From Chrysomallon squamiferum (lineage: Eukaryota > Animalia > Mollusca), in contig CM022672.1 of assembly GCA_012295275.1 (NCBI GenBank), positions 34,038,001 to 34,102,000 of the forward strand: 64,000 bases of DNA, in the 5' to 3' direction. A program made the position numbers and the translations under genes. This document shows positions 1-21,382 of this stretch, one piece after another. The notes under the pieces are model-generated. The model searched no databases. It was not told the DNA's origin and saw only the letters and a program-made list of their open reading frames with translations. Positions within the stretch are counted from its first letter, which is position 1, and every line of letters begins with the position of its first letter.

Positions 1-40
1 TGACTGAAATATTTTTATGAATTCATGAATAACAAGACAC

Positions 41-95
41 CTTGACTGCAGTCTCTTTCTTTCCAGCCTCGTTCACATCCCCTAACACCACAGTA
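41..95 (-). pseudogene. Half EGF-like exon remnant
   Basis: Reads YCGVRGCERGWKERDCSQG|GT, the C-terminal half of the module. An in-frame TGA precedes it and there is no acceptor. Confidence 0.5.
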
Positions 96-439
96 TCATA
101 GATATGATAAGAATTTAAAAGTAACATTTTTCAGAAATATCGATTTTCCATAGATACATATTTTCGATATACCTACTCCCTCCCGACTCCACCCTTCTAA
201 AACTTATACAATTTTCTGTTTAAATATATTAAAGCTGAGTAAATTCAAAGATTATTTACTGAATCGTTAAATTAAACAAATGCATCTGTATATAAAGATT
301 ATATTATATTGGAGTCTGTTTTTCACACCAGATGGCATACTTTTCTTTTTAATTTAAGTATTCTTAAATTTCCCTTCATTAATTACATCAGTACATTTTT
401 TTTTTAAATAATTAGATAGAAAATTAATTGTGATATTAC

Positions 440-592
440 CTTGCATACAGTCAGTTCCTTTCCATCCTGCCTGACATCTGCTAGTACCACAGTCTCCAGT
501 TTTTACATCACAGGACGGATTTGTTGCAGCACAATGGCGATCTCTGCAACGTTTATTACAGTTTGGTCCATAGCTGTAATTTTGTGTACAGG
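440..592 (-). CDS. Paralog A EGF-like exon 2
   Basis: Poly-T tract + ACAG acceptor; ACTQNYSYGPNCNKRCRDRHCAATNPSCDVKTGDCGTSRCQAGWKGTDCMQ; GTAAT donor. Confidence 0.9.
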
Positions 593-596
593 CTGT

Positions 597-627
<31 letters not shown>

Positions 628-1385
628 GTTCTCTAATGCCACAGTGAAAACAAATATCTATAGGTTCTTTAGCACCATAGTGCTGCATCAGATTATTTTA
701 TAGGGATAATCAGTAAGTAGTATAGAAAAGTCTGATCAGGAAAGAAAAAAATATAGTATACAGCAAAAAGACACGTATTTAAATTAACTCTGACATTCAG
801 GGAATATTATTCACAAGTCGCATAAAATTAAATAAAATTTTATATAAAAATATTGTGTTGTATCACAGTTTTTGAACTGATATATTCTAAATATAATAAA
901 AGTTATATGTACCAGTCAACAGTGTAGATTGCCAACTATCAACTGACTGGCTGATCAACACTCCAAATGATGTACAGAAAAACAAGAGCAAAAAAAAAAA
1001 AAAAAAAAAATGAAGAAAAAAAGAAATTGGCACACACACATAAACACACATACACACACACAGACCCAGACACACACCCAAGTTCTCCTGAATCATAATA
1101 ACACATAATTTGATACGTTCATGCGAATCAGCATTTATAAATCTGTAAATAAAATGCCATATGTGTTTCAATGAAGTTGAAAAACAATTGTGCTACAAAA
1201 CATGACACAGAAGGAATAATAATTATACGAAAAACATAAAATAGGGAATGAATCTATTCGGATATGTTCATCATAACATTTCTGTGTCTCCTCGCTGCTT
1301 CTCCCAGTTACATAGTCGTTTTAAAGTAGTGTTTGTCTATTATTATTATTTTTTTATTTTGTTAGTATAAATATTTCTTTTCTTC

Positions 1386-1459
<74 letters not shown>

Positions 1460-2074
1460 CACCCAAAAGGATGGAGGTATGGACTAATTACTTTTGAAAC
1501 CACATGGTAAACAGTTTAACGTTCAATGACTAACTGCTACATTGTAAAGTTGAGCCGGTTATTGACTTGATTACCTGGAATTTCTGATCCCCAGTTAAGA
1601 AAGATATTTTGGTTAATTTTCCGAGAAAGATCTGCTTGACAAAAGATTAATCATCTGTTCCAACAGTGCGAAACTTAGGAACAGTTCAGTGATTTGTTCT
1701 TTCTTTATTGCATGAGTTCTATATTGTAAATTATTGGACATTGGACCTGTACTGTGCAATTAACACCCTAACACCTTGCATTCGTTGGGTAAACATTAGT
1801 TACAAGACAGAAAACCTCTTTCTATAGATTCTTACTCTGTAGTTATGATTTAGTTACCTGTGCAATCAACTCCACTCCATCCAGCCTGACATCCTCCATT
1901 ACAAGAACCTGTGTCAGCAGGACACGAATCAGACTGACAATGACGACTTTTACACAGTTTGTTACACTCAGAACCGTAAAATCCTGTTTGACACGCTGAA
2001 ACATGTAAACAGTATTAAAAATTAAATATCAGTGCGATTATATACACGTGAAAGTGAAAAAGAAACAACAAACA

Positions 2075-2109
<35 letters not shown>

Positions 2110-5100
2110 GTAATAATAATAATAATGATAATAATAATGAGGAACAGCAAATAAATATATATATGTAGGGGAGATATTAGTATAGTGTATGTTTTGAAAA
2201 CTCTGTTAAGGTATCTTCCAATTTGTTACTCATCCCATGTATCGCAACATAAGTCATGGCTGAATGGATTGTTAATTATTTGCCTTCTACCTAGCATGCA
2301 ATAATTATCTCTTCTTCCCAGTTGCTACACAGTCAACTTAGGGAATAATTAAGCGACAGTAAAGAAACATGAACAGAAATATATATTCACATTAATTTAT
2401 TATGAATTCAGTCACACAACACAAGAATAATATGAATTGTTATATTACATTTAGCATATATGAATGAATAATGTAGTATATAATTGCAGTAGTACAGGAC
2501 AAATCAATATATAACTGTGTTAAGCCGGTGACTGTTTCACTAATACTACAGAGATTTGCTTAGAGTCCCTTAGTTCACTGTGTAACAAATGGGTGTGTAA
2601 CGAGTGGGAGACAACCTCATTTCCATGCTACCGTTCAGTGTTTGTTTTAATTCTGCGATAATGAAATAGTTGTTATCATTAGAAAAGGGGATTTTAATGG
2701 ATATAACATAAATCCCCAAAATTCAAATATATGAAAGCTGTTTAATAAAGCAACATAATTATGTCAGAGTAAATTCAAATTAATAATAAAAATATAAATT
2801 ATATACTGTGAACTGAAACCAGCCATCTCAACATTTTTCTAAGTTATTATTTGTCCTTATTGTTTTGTTACCACTCTATTATTAAATATAATAGTTTCTT
2901 GTATGTTTTAAATTTCTACTGGCCTCCTACAACTACAATAATCAATGTAGCAGTAATTATTACTGATGACAAAAATCAAATCTGTGTTGAATTACCGTAG
3001 ACTTCCACTTCTACAAAGTCCAGTGCTGTCGAACGTCCATTATCTGTTCCTTGATAAACAGTCACATATCTAGCGTTGACGTTACAAGTGATGTTCACAA
3101 TTTCAGGAATATCAGTTCCATCTTTTCTACCAGTAACAGTACCACACAGATGTCCTGTGTTAGACTGTCTCGCTGCTGTGTTAGCATAAACCTGTACACC
3201 ATTTCTTCTCCATTTAACTAAATTAGATACAATTCAGTGTTACAGTGTACTTAGAAGTTTGAATCAGTACGAGAACTAGAACTACTATAAAAAAAAGCAA
3301 TGAAAATAATGACATGAAAAATACAGCATTCAAGGACGTCCACAGAAAACAAACAAACATAAATAAATAAATATAAAAAAGTAAATAAATAAATAAATGC
3401 GTGTAAAAAAAAAAAGAAGGAATTCCATAATAATAAAAATTCATAATAGTTTTAATGAATAAAGTTAATGTTTATAAACTATGTCGTCACAACTTGTTTA
3501 AACAGAGGTCAAGTTAAGAAGTGTTCAGACATCCTTAGACTCTGTTGATTTGCTCAGATGTTTTTACTTCAACTGACACAGTCCGTCAACAATCAAACTT
3601 TGCAGACACAGTCTTAAACTGCTATTTTCAGACAAAATATGACCTTGTGGATTTTGAAAAATAAAATACTGACTCCAAATAAATCAATAATGATGTCATC
3701 GGAACATTTTAAACACAAACTGTAGCTAATTTTATAATATGTAACATTCAGAAATAATTATACAACAACAAAGACAAAAAGGAAACAGTATGATACATTT
3801 ACGACCATCTCCCTAACATGAAAGCTAAAATTAACAAAACAAAAATATTTGTTGTGATTATTATTTATATTCATAGTTTAATATTCATACTTACAGTCAT
3901 ATCTGAAATATATTTTAACTTGATGGATAAAGTAAGGTTGTTCTAAATCTACTTCCCACCAAGTGTAAGGCTGGTTTGTGTCTGTGTTTATAGTTCTATG
4001 CCAATCTCCACTGATTTGTCCATCAACGCCTCTTGAAGCATCATTTTCATAACCGGACTCATAAGAATTTTGATATGCATTTTTATGCCGAGCTACGTTT
4101 ACTGAAAAATATCGTATATAATTGAATGAATGAATAAATAGTAATATATCAGTATTGAAAATTATATACAGATAATCTTATATAGATACTGCTGTGATAA
4201 CAAAACAATATGTCTGACTCTTTCACATACCACGTTTTTTGATCACTTTTACATTCATATTTCAAAACATTATTTTTGTCTATTTTTCTAAAATATTTCC
4301 AACTTAAATGTAAGACTTCCGAAGTTAAGAAAATTGAAATTAAGAAGAAAAAGAATGAAAGATAAACTCTGCAATTTATTACAGTTGATGTCTCAGTTGG
4401 ATTAATGAGAAATGAAGCAAATGATAGTCCTGATTTTAAAATCAAATAACAAGCTAGAAAATAAAATATCAACAACGACACAAAACATCTGTCAAAAACA
4501 AGAAAAACAAATATAGTATAACAACAACAACAAAAAACAACATAAAAATAACAACAAAGGAGAAATAAAACATACAAACCAAAATTGTGTAAAAGACAAT
4601 AACTGCTATTGGAGAAGGAGTATTTTGATTTACATTTAGGTTTATACATTATTAAATTACACAGATTATTCTCAAGTAACTGATGCTTTTTGTTTCTTTA
4701 TCTGTGTTTCTCTATATGTATTTCTGCTATCTGCCTGATATAAAAATTAACAAAAACAACAACAAAAACAACAAGAAATCCTTTATTCTCATTTATATTC
4801 CTTTCTTTAACACTTTTTTTCCTGATTCATGAGTAGAAAGAGAATACATATCGAAGTAGCAGACATCAACAAGGAAGTAAAACTGATTTGCTGTACTTCG
4901 TATATAAAATATGCGCTCTCACATAAAATTTTGTTTTGTAATTAAAACCCCACCCGTCTGTCGATTGATCCATCCATCCATCCACACAAACACACACAAA
5001 ATAAATAAATAAAATCAGATACCTGTCCTACTATAATATTCAAAATATTCTAGCAAATGTGTGAGAAACCAATTTCTTCCATTACATATATATCTATACA

Positions 5101-5715
5101 TATGTCAAAACAACAAAAACAATAGAACCAAAGCTCGGATTATTTACATTCAAATCGCTGTTTTAAAAAGGTTTTCATATCTACTGAAACCTTACATCTT
5201 CCTGACACACAGTTTCTCTCTCTTTTTTTCTCTTTACTTGTTTATCTTCATCACTACCAGTAACACCTTAACTACAACAACACCACCAACGACAGTGAAT
5301 ACAGCAAAATTATTTTTATGACAGTAACTTGAAATTTACCTTTGAAAAATAATACTTTAAAATTAAAACAATCAAATAAGAAACTAGAAAACGAAAACAT
5401 ATCCATGTTGTAGGCATTATCCAATGTAATAAATAAGAAAGTAAGATTATCTTACTTTGTAAACTGATAAAAACGTGTGTATGTGTCTATGCAGTTTTGA
5501 GTCTGTCAACTGGTCTGCCTATTTGTTATCTTTCTGTTTGTCCATCTGTTCGTCCTTTCTTTATATTATTATTGTCGTTATTAATATTAACTATGCTTTC
5601 AGTTAGGGTCAAAGAAAGAACACGGATGTTTCAACAGAAAAATAGATATATATTTATGTAAACATGAGATAAAAAGAACGAGTCATAGATTTAGACAGAC
5701 ACACACACACACACA

Positions 5716-5808
<93 letters not shown>

Positions 5809-6527
5809 CTGAAGAGATATACACTTAGTAAAGACCTTTCTGGGTATGGTATGAAAACATAGCAACTAATTGGCTGTTAAACTAATAAGATAATTTATTT
5901 TCAACACTGTTACAGCAATTATTGGATGCATAACATTTTTCTTTTATATTTTACTAACAACATTCAGACATTTAAAATAAGATCGCTTTTTTAACTTTAG
6001 TTAAATGAGGAAAGGCTTCATCTACAGGAAAGTATAATTACAGTTAAAGAATTATGTCTGTTGCTATGTTTTTACTTGCTATAGTTTAACAGTTTCTATA
6101 CAAACTCGTATATCAGGGTCATATTCACGTACGCTAAATAATAAATAGAAACTTATTTCATAGTTTTGATAACGTTGTAACAATAAACAACAGAAATACA
6201 CGAAAGAAGACGCAAAATAATTAAAAAAGAAATTAAGAGCTAATGAACTTGAGAAGACTATGTTATTAATGCTTAGTGTGTTTAAAACATTATTAATTAA
6301 GTTTTATTATTGTTGTTCTTGAACTTGTTCCTATTTTGAGAACAATAATAAGAAGAACAATAGTAACACAATCCCATCTATTTATACTGATTATTTACAT
6401 TGAGATCGCTGTTCTGAAACGTGTATTCTTGTTCATTGAAACGTAACATCTTCCTGGTATAGGATTTGTCTAATTTTCTCAACAATGTACCATCACCACC
6501 ACCACCAGCAACAACAACAACACCAAT

Positions 6528-6585
<58 letters not shown>

Positions 6586-6677
6586 TTGTATTACATACCA
6601 TAACCAGCTGTCGTCTTTCCTGACTGCAAAATCAAACAAAAAACTAGAAACTGAAGACTTATCCAGCACCCAGCCAT
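440..6677 (-). CDS. Receptor paralog A (multi-exon, continues off the left edge): signal peptide + F-type lectin (FTP) domain + EGF-like 8-Cys repeats; MEGF10/11/CED-1-like
   Basis: Hand-spliced GT-AG exons 6599-6677, 3895-4101, 2996-3217, 1858-1995 and 440-592 join in phase 1 with no stops. Domain motifs are listed in the exon entries. Confidence 0.88.
1858..1995 (-). CDS. Paralog A EGF-like exon 1
   Basis: ACQTGFYGSECNKLCKSRHCQSDSCPADTGSCNGGCQAGWSGVDCT; 138 nt, phase 1-1, AG/GT flanks. Confidence 0.9.
2996..3217 (-). CDS. Paralog A exon 3: F-type lectin domain, C-terminal half
   Basis: TAG|...|GTAATT. Translation FKWRRNGVQVYANTAARQSNTGHLCGTVTGRKDGTDIPEIVNITCNVNARYVTVYQGTDNGRSTALDFVEVEVY has the FTP motifs C..ARYVTV and EVEVY. 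Confidence 0.9.
3895..4101 (-). CDS. Paralog A exon 2: F-type lectin domain, N-terminal half
   Basis: tttcAG|...|GTAAGT. Translation VNVARHKNAYQNSYESGYENDASRGVDGQISGDWHRTINTDTNQPYTWWEVDLEQPYFIHQVKIYFRYD shows the FTP hallmarks NVA..K.A.Q.S, ASR.VDG, WWxVDL and RxD. Confidence 0.9.
5696..5803. repeat. Compound (CA)n(TA)n(GA)n microsatellite
   Basis: Read directly. Confidence 0.95.
6599..6677 (-). CDS. Paralog A exon 1: signal peptide
   Basis: ATG at 6677 gives MAGCWISLQFLVFCLILQSGKTTAGY, with a hydrophobic core and small residues at the cleavage region, then the donor G|GTATGT (phase 1). Confidence 0.8.
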
Positions 6678-7299
6678 AGTGAAAATGTTTCGTAGATAAA
6701 CCAAACCTGAAGTAAAACTGCGAGCTGACACAAGACTCTTGTCATGAGTCAACCATTGATAAAAACACAATCTAATATATTCTCTTACAAAGTTCATACA
6801 AATATGATTTGAACAGAGTATTGTAATTCTGTTAACTTAAACACACTGAGATTAAATCTGCATATAGGAAAACAGGTTTTACTCGTACAAAAGTTATGTC
6901 ACAATAACCAGAGTACTTTCATATGCATTCGGTCTAGTATTTACACAGATACATAATGCGAAATCGTTTAACTTATGAGGATTTTTTACCTAGAGCGACT
7001 GACGAAAACTATTCCTATGCCGTCACTGATTATGCGATAAAATAAATAATAATTACAAAAATTGAAGTATTTAATGTAATATAAACGTATTATTAATACA
7101 CCAAGGTATAGAACACAAACAACACAATCATACATAATCTTGTACTTCGCAGTAAGTTTTCTTTCAGACATAACAGAGGACTAGGTCGAGTGTAGTGAAA
7201 ACAGATCAGTTGACTCTTCTATAACGAGACAAAGGTTTCAAGCTAAGAGTTCAGTACTTAATGTGATTCACAACACGTATCTAGGACAGGCATTCATGG

Positions 7300-7605
7300 A
7301 TAATATTTGAAACGAGCTGGTGGAGTTTATGCATTGACGTGTAATCTCTTTCTAATACAATGTCACAATTCATACGTATTTCTTTTTACCAGCACAATCA
7401 CTGAATATGTAGATATTTTAGGATTGAATATTCAGTCTCATGTACGTCTGAAAAGACTCTGCACACAGATAATATTCGGGAACGCACTGGCGCAGGAAAA
7501 CCTCACAAAACACGTCAGATGTCGCTGACGAGACTCGAACGTATGACACCCATCCGCCCACACTCCGAAGACGGGCGAGGTTACCGCTCGGCCATCAAGA
7601 CAACC
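7300..7605 (-). mobile_element. tRNA-derived SINE (left boundary approximate)
   Basis: The minus strand has a Pol III A box TGGCCGAGCGG (7594-7584) and a B box GTTCGAGTC (7540-7532) in a CpG-rich head. No canonical cloverleaf is visible, and the head runs into a non-tRNA body. Confidence 0.65.
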
Positions 7606-7608
7606 AGG

Positions 7609-8178
7609 ATGTATGTATGTATGTGTATGTATGTATGTATGTATGTATGTATGTATGTATGTATGTATGTATGTATGTATGTATGTATGTATGTATGTAT
7701 GTATATTTGTATGTATGTATGTATGTATTTATGTGTGTAGGTATGTATGTACGTATGTATGTATCTATGTATCTGTGTATGTATGTATGTATGTATCTAT
7801 GTATGTATATATGTATGTACGTATCTGTGTATGTATGTATGTGTGTAGATGTGTATGTGTGTATATATGTATGTGTGTAGGTTTGTATGTATATATTGTA
7901 TGTATATATATATGTATGTATGTGTATGTGTGTAGATGTGTATGTGTGTATATATGTATGTATGTATTTCTGTATCTATGTATGTACGTATGTATGTGTG
8001 CGTGCGTCAGGGTGTATGGGTGTGTGTGAGTACATGTACGCATGCCTATGTGCATGTATCAACGTTAGGATTGCCATTTCAAAATCTATAAAATGGACGC
8101 AGCCCATATGTGCATGTGTGTGTGTATGAGTGTGTGTGTGTGTATGTGTCTCTGTGTGTGTGTATGTGTGTGTGTGTA
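7609..8178. repeat. (TATG)n / (TG)n degenerate microsatellite
   Basis: Read directly. Confidence 0.95.
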
Positions 8179-8487
8179 AAATGAGTATTGGTTTTTATAT
8201 ACTAATAATCAGAATAAGCAAATTACAAATTAAACTAGTTGACATATTAATTACTAAAGTCTTTAGCCTTAAGATTTAATCAAACTAAATATGTTTTATG
8301 ATCAGCTGAAGTTTATAAAGAATCGTAAGATACTACTGTAATATGATGAATGCTGTTTATTTTCTTTCTTTTTTTTCTGGTTCTTTTTTTCTTTAAATTA
8401 ATTTTTGAAATACGCTGAATAAATTTCTACGGATTCTCAGAATCTCGGATTATGCGGATTATGCGAATATCCATAAATATGTGTGTT

Positions 8488-8536
<49 letters not shown>

Positions 8537-9875
8537 ATATATATATATATATATACATACATACATACATACATATATATATATTTATGTGTGTGTGTGC
8601 GCGTGCACTTGTGTATGTGTGTTTTATCTGTTTATATAGATAGAGACAGACTCAATGCACACTCAAACATACTCGTCCACACCTTTAAGCACAAATAAAC
8701 GAATTCAACTTGTTAGAAAATACATTTAATGAAACAATGGTTCTGATGAATAATTAAAATGAAGACTGGTTATTTAAAACTAAAACAAGAGAAATAAACA
8801 CACATACTGATACTATCTGTAAGAGAAATATTACTTAACTTCGAATCTTCTATCACTAAATGTACGTAATGTATACTTGATGTCTGGTTATTCTTTGAGC
8901 TAATCAATGATTTTATGTGAAATAATTCTGAAATTGGATTTGTTAAGACTATGACAGCACTAATTATTATTTGCAAAGCAATACAGCTATAACACCACTC
9001 TGAGTTGCTTTTACTTAGTTCATAATAACATACCATTTACAAACACATGTTTGTGATAATAATTTACATCTTGTTGGTTTATTAATCTTTGACATAAATT
9101 CATGAGTTCTTCTAACTGGTCTGTGTCAGCTATGCGGCCGCGATGAACATAAACAAAGGAATAGTTTTAGTTTACTGTGTTTCGTTTGATTAAATCTTTA
9201 CTAACTGGTTAGTGTCAATCTGTACAATGTACTCTCGATCAGGCTACTTGAATCATCATTCTGTGTCTCATATCAATTAGATTAATCTTTATTCTTTAAC
9301 GATTGTAAACTTTATACTATTGTATACAGCCTTTCATTATTGTATGTGAAATATCTTCTTGTGTCTCATATAAATGAAATTGTTGTATGTAACGTGAATA
9401 AAATATGCTATACAAATATTTGGATACGTTTGTTTCCAACTAAAAATATTACAATACTTTTTGTTCTCAGCTCAGCTTCAGTTGTTTATAATAAAGATAA
9501 TGAAAAATATCTGAGTATTAAAGAATTGTCATAATGATATTAATATATAAATAACTTAGTGTTCTAACGAGACTGTGTTACTAAATACTCACAATTAGCG
9601 ATAACAGAAGTTTAATAAAATGTTTGTTTTAAGTGCCTCTCTGTCAAACTCGACAATACACACCTAGAAATCTAATTACATTTCTATAATAAAATTACTA
9701 AAATGATTTATATTGTTCATATTATTAACTGAAATCTTTCTATTATAAATTATAGTGTACATTATTATGGTGCATCTACTGTACAAACATTACTAAGATA
9801 ATTAATAAATCATTTTACCATCAGCCAATCAATTTGAACGTGATCTATATATGTATGTGCCTATATGTGTATATG

Positions 9876-19364
<9,489 letters not shown>

Positions 19365-19563
19365 NNNNNNNNNNNNNNNNNNNNNNNNNNNNNNNNNNNN
19401 NNNNNNNNNNNNNNNNNNNNNNNNNNNNNNNNNNNNNNNNNNNNNNNNNNNNNNNNNNNNNNNNNNNNNNNNNNNNNNNNNNNNNNNNNNNNNNNNNNNN
19501 NNNNNNNNNNNNNNNNNNNNNNNNNNNNNNNNNNNNNNNNNNNNNNNNNNNNNNNNNNNNNNN
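19365..19563. other. Assembly gap (N run)
   Basis: 199 N. Confidence 1.
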
Positions 19564-21071
19564 NTAATTATATGTGCAATTATTACAAGTGTTTTCCATG
19601 CAACATTTTCAAAATGAAGCATCACTGACAAATATGGATCCCCACTCAACAAAGCAAAAGAAAAAAACACCTAAAATTTGAAAATGACAGATCAGAACTG
19701 GAAAATAAAAATAAATAGAAATAAATCTGGGATAAAAATATCCATTTAAATGTGATATTGTGAATCAGGAGATAAAATGACATAATTTTATAAAGCGTGT
19801 TTTTTTCTGTGTTTAGTGATGCCGATATTTAAGCACTTTTAATGGATGTAATCCATTTTAAGAGATTATATTCTTTTTTATATATCTATACTCTTTTAAC
19901 CTATATGTCATTTGATGATTTTTTAATTCTTGTTTAAATTATTTATTGTTGGGCACTTCCGCTCCATTACAGTGTATGATGTCTTTTACCAGCTTTTGGA
20001 ACGATAAAACCTAATCATTATATTGATATATCGAAAACATTAGTAGCAGCTACCATGGTGAACTGAACCAATGTCTATGGATTGGGTATTGTCGCATTCT
20101 TAGTGACAGAAGGAGCACACCATTCATTGTGCTGGGGATTGTAAATCAAGGTCCGTGGATTTCAGTTCAGGTCTTTGAAAAACAAAAGAAGATTAATATA
20201 CCGTTCGGTTAAATTATGCTGTAGAAAATTTAATCGCAATATTTTTTTTAGAGCCACGGACTTATGCATTTTACATAGAAAAAAACATTTATATATGTGT
20301 GCCTGTGTGTGTGTAAGAAACAAATAGTGGTATGTACAATGGATAAAATATTCTAAGAATGATCAGCCAGAAGCATATGGAAGGTATTAATTGTCACAAT
20401 TTGTTTTGGAAGTTGTAAAGAAAAGAAGCCATTAACTATGCAGAATGTCCTTATTTTCATTCTATGGGTTAGTCTTGGTAATAAAGGAACTTTCAATGGC
20501 CAAGCAACACATCTAACAGACATAATTTAACAGATTATATATATATATAAGTTACAATAAAAGAAGTTGATAATTACCATAAAGATATAATGATTTCAGC
20601 AAGATTCTCATGACACAGATGACATTATTAGTTGTATTATCAATACGGTTATGGTTTCTCCTAAACTTATTTCAAACATTTGTACAATAATTTGTGTGTG
20701 TTTTAAGTAATTATTTTAAATACCTTGATGATCAATCTTTATTAACAATAAAATAATCCTAAGCTAATATTGTTTTATTTGTTTTCTATGTCATAATTAA
20801 TGTAGAAATTATTTCTATATTTTGTTATTTTTCCAGTTCTGGATGTGTCTCAAGGTTAAAGCTTGCTAACAGCTAAAAAGCAAAACATAAAATAAAGCTA
20901 GCATACATTGAATATGGGTTGAGTAGGTTCACCATTACATAGACCCTGTGTACAATTCAACATTTTTTTGTTTACAAACATATGAAACATGGTATGGACC
21001 ATGTGAATAACAGTGTTATATATAGAGTAAATATGTTTGAGACCATTTGGTCATTTTCAGTATATATATAT

Positions 21072-21115
<44 letters not shown>

Positions 21116-21382
21116 TATATATATATATATATAAATATACAGATGAACAAAATGGCAGTATCTCAAAAATCTATCTACCTTTGAATTACCCTTAAAATTT
21201 CGTTCAAAACTCTCACTCTACACATACATACATACGTAGACACACACACACACACACAAATTAGCCCCCCCTCAAAACCGTCATAAATTAAAAATCAAAA
21301 CAGAACTTGAGTTTGGTCTTGTTTGTAAACAAAAGTTTGGTATATTCAGGGCATGAGTCTGTGATGCCCTGGCACAACTTAC

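Noticed and set aside
4149-4649. 166-aa hydrophobic minus-strand ORF
   Set aside because: It lies in intron 1 of receptor A. The F/L/C/Y richness comes from T-rich low-complexity DNA and it has no domain motifs.
7525-7605. tRNA gene
   Set aside because: A and B boxes are present, but I cannot fold a canonical acceptor/anticodon cloverleaf; a SINE head fits better.
7519-8698. MYVC/YI/HT repeat ORFs (also the poly-I, ER/SL, CV and poly-T ORFs elsewhere)
   Set aside because: They are translations of microsatellites.
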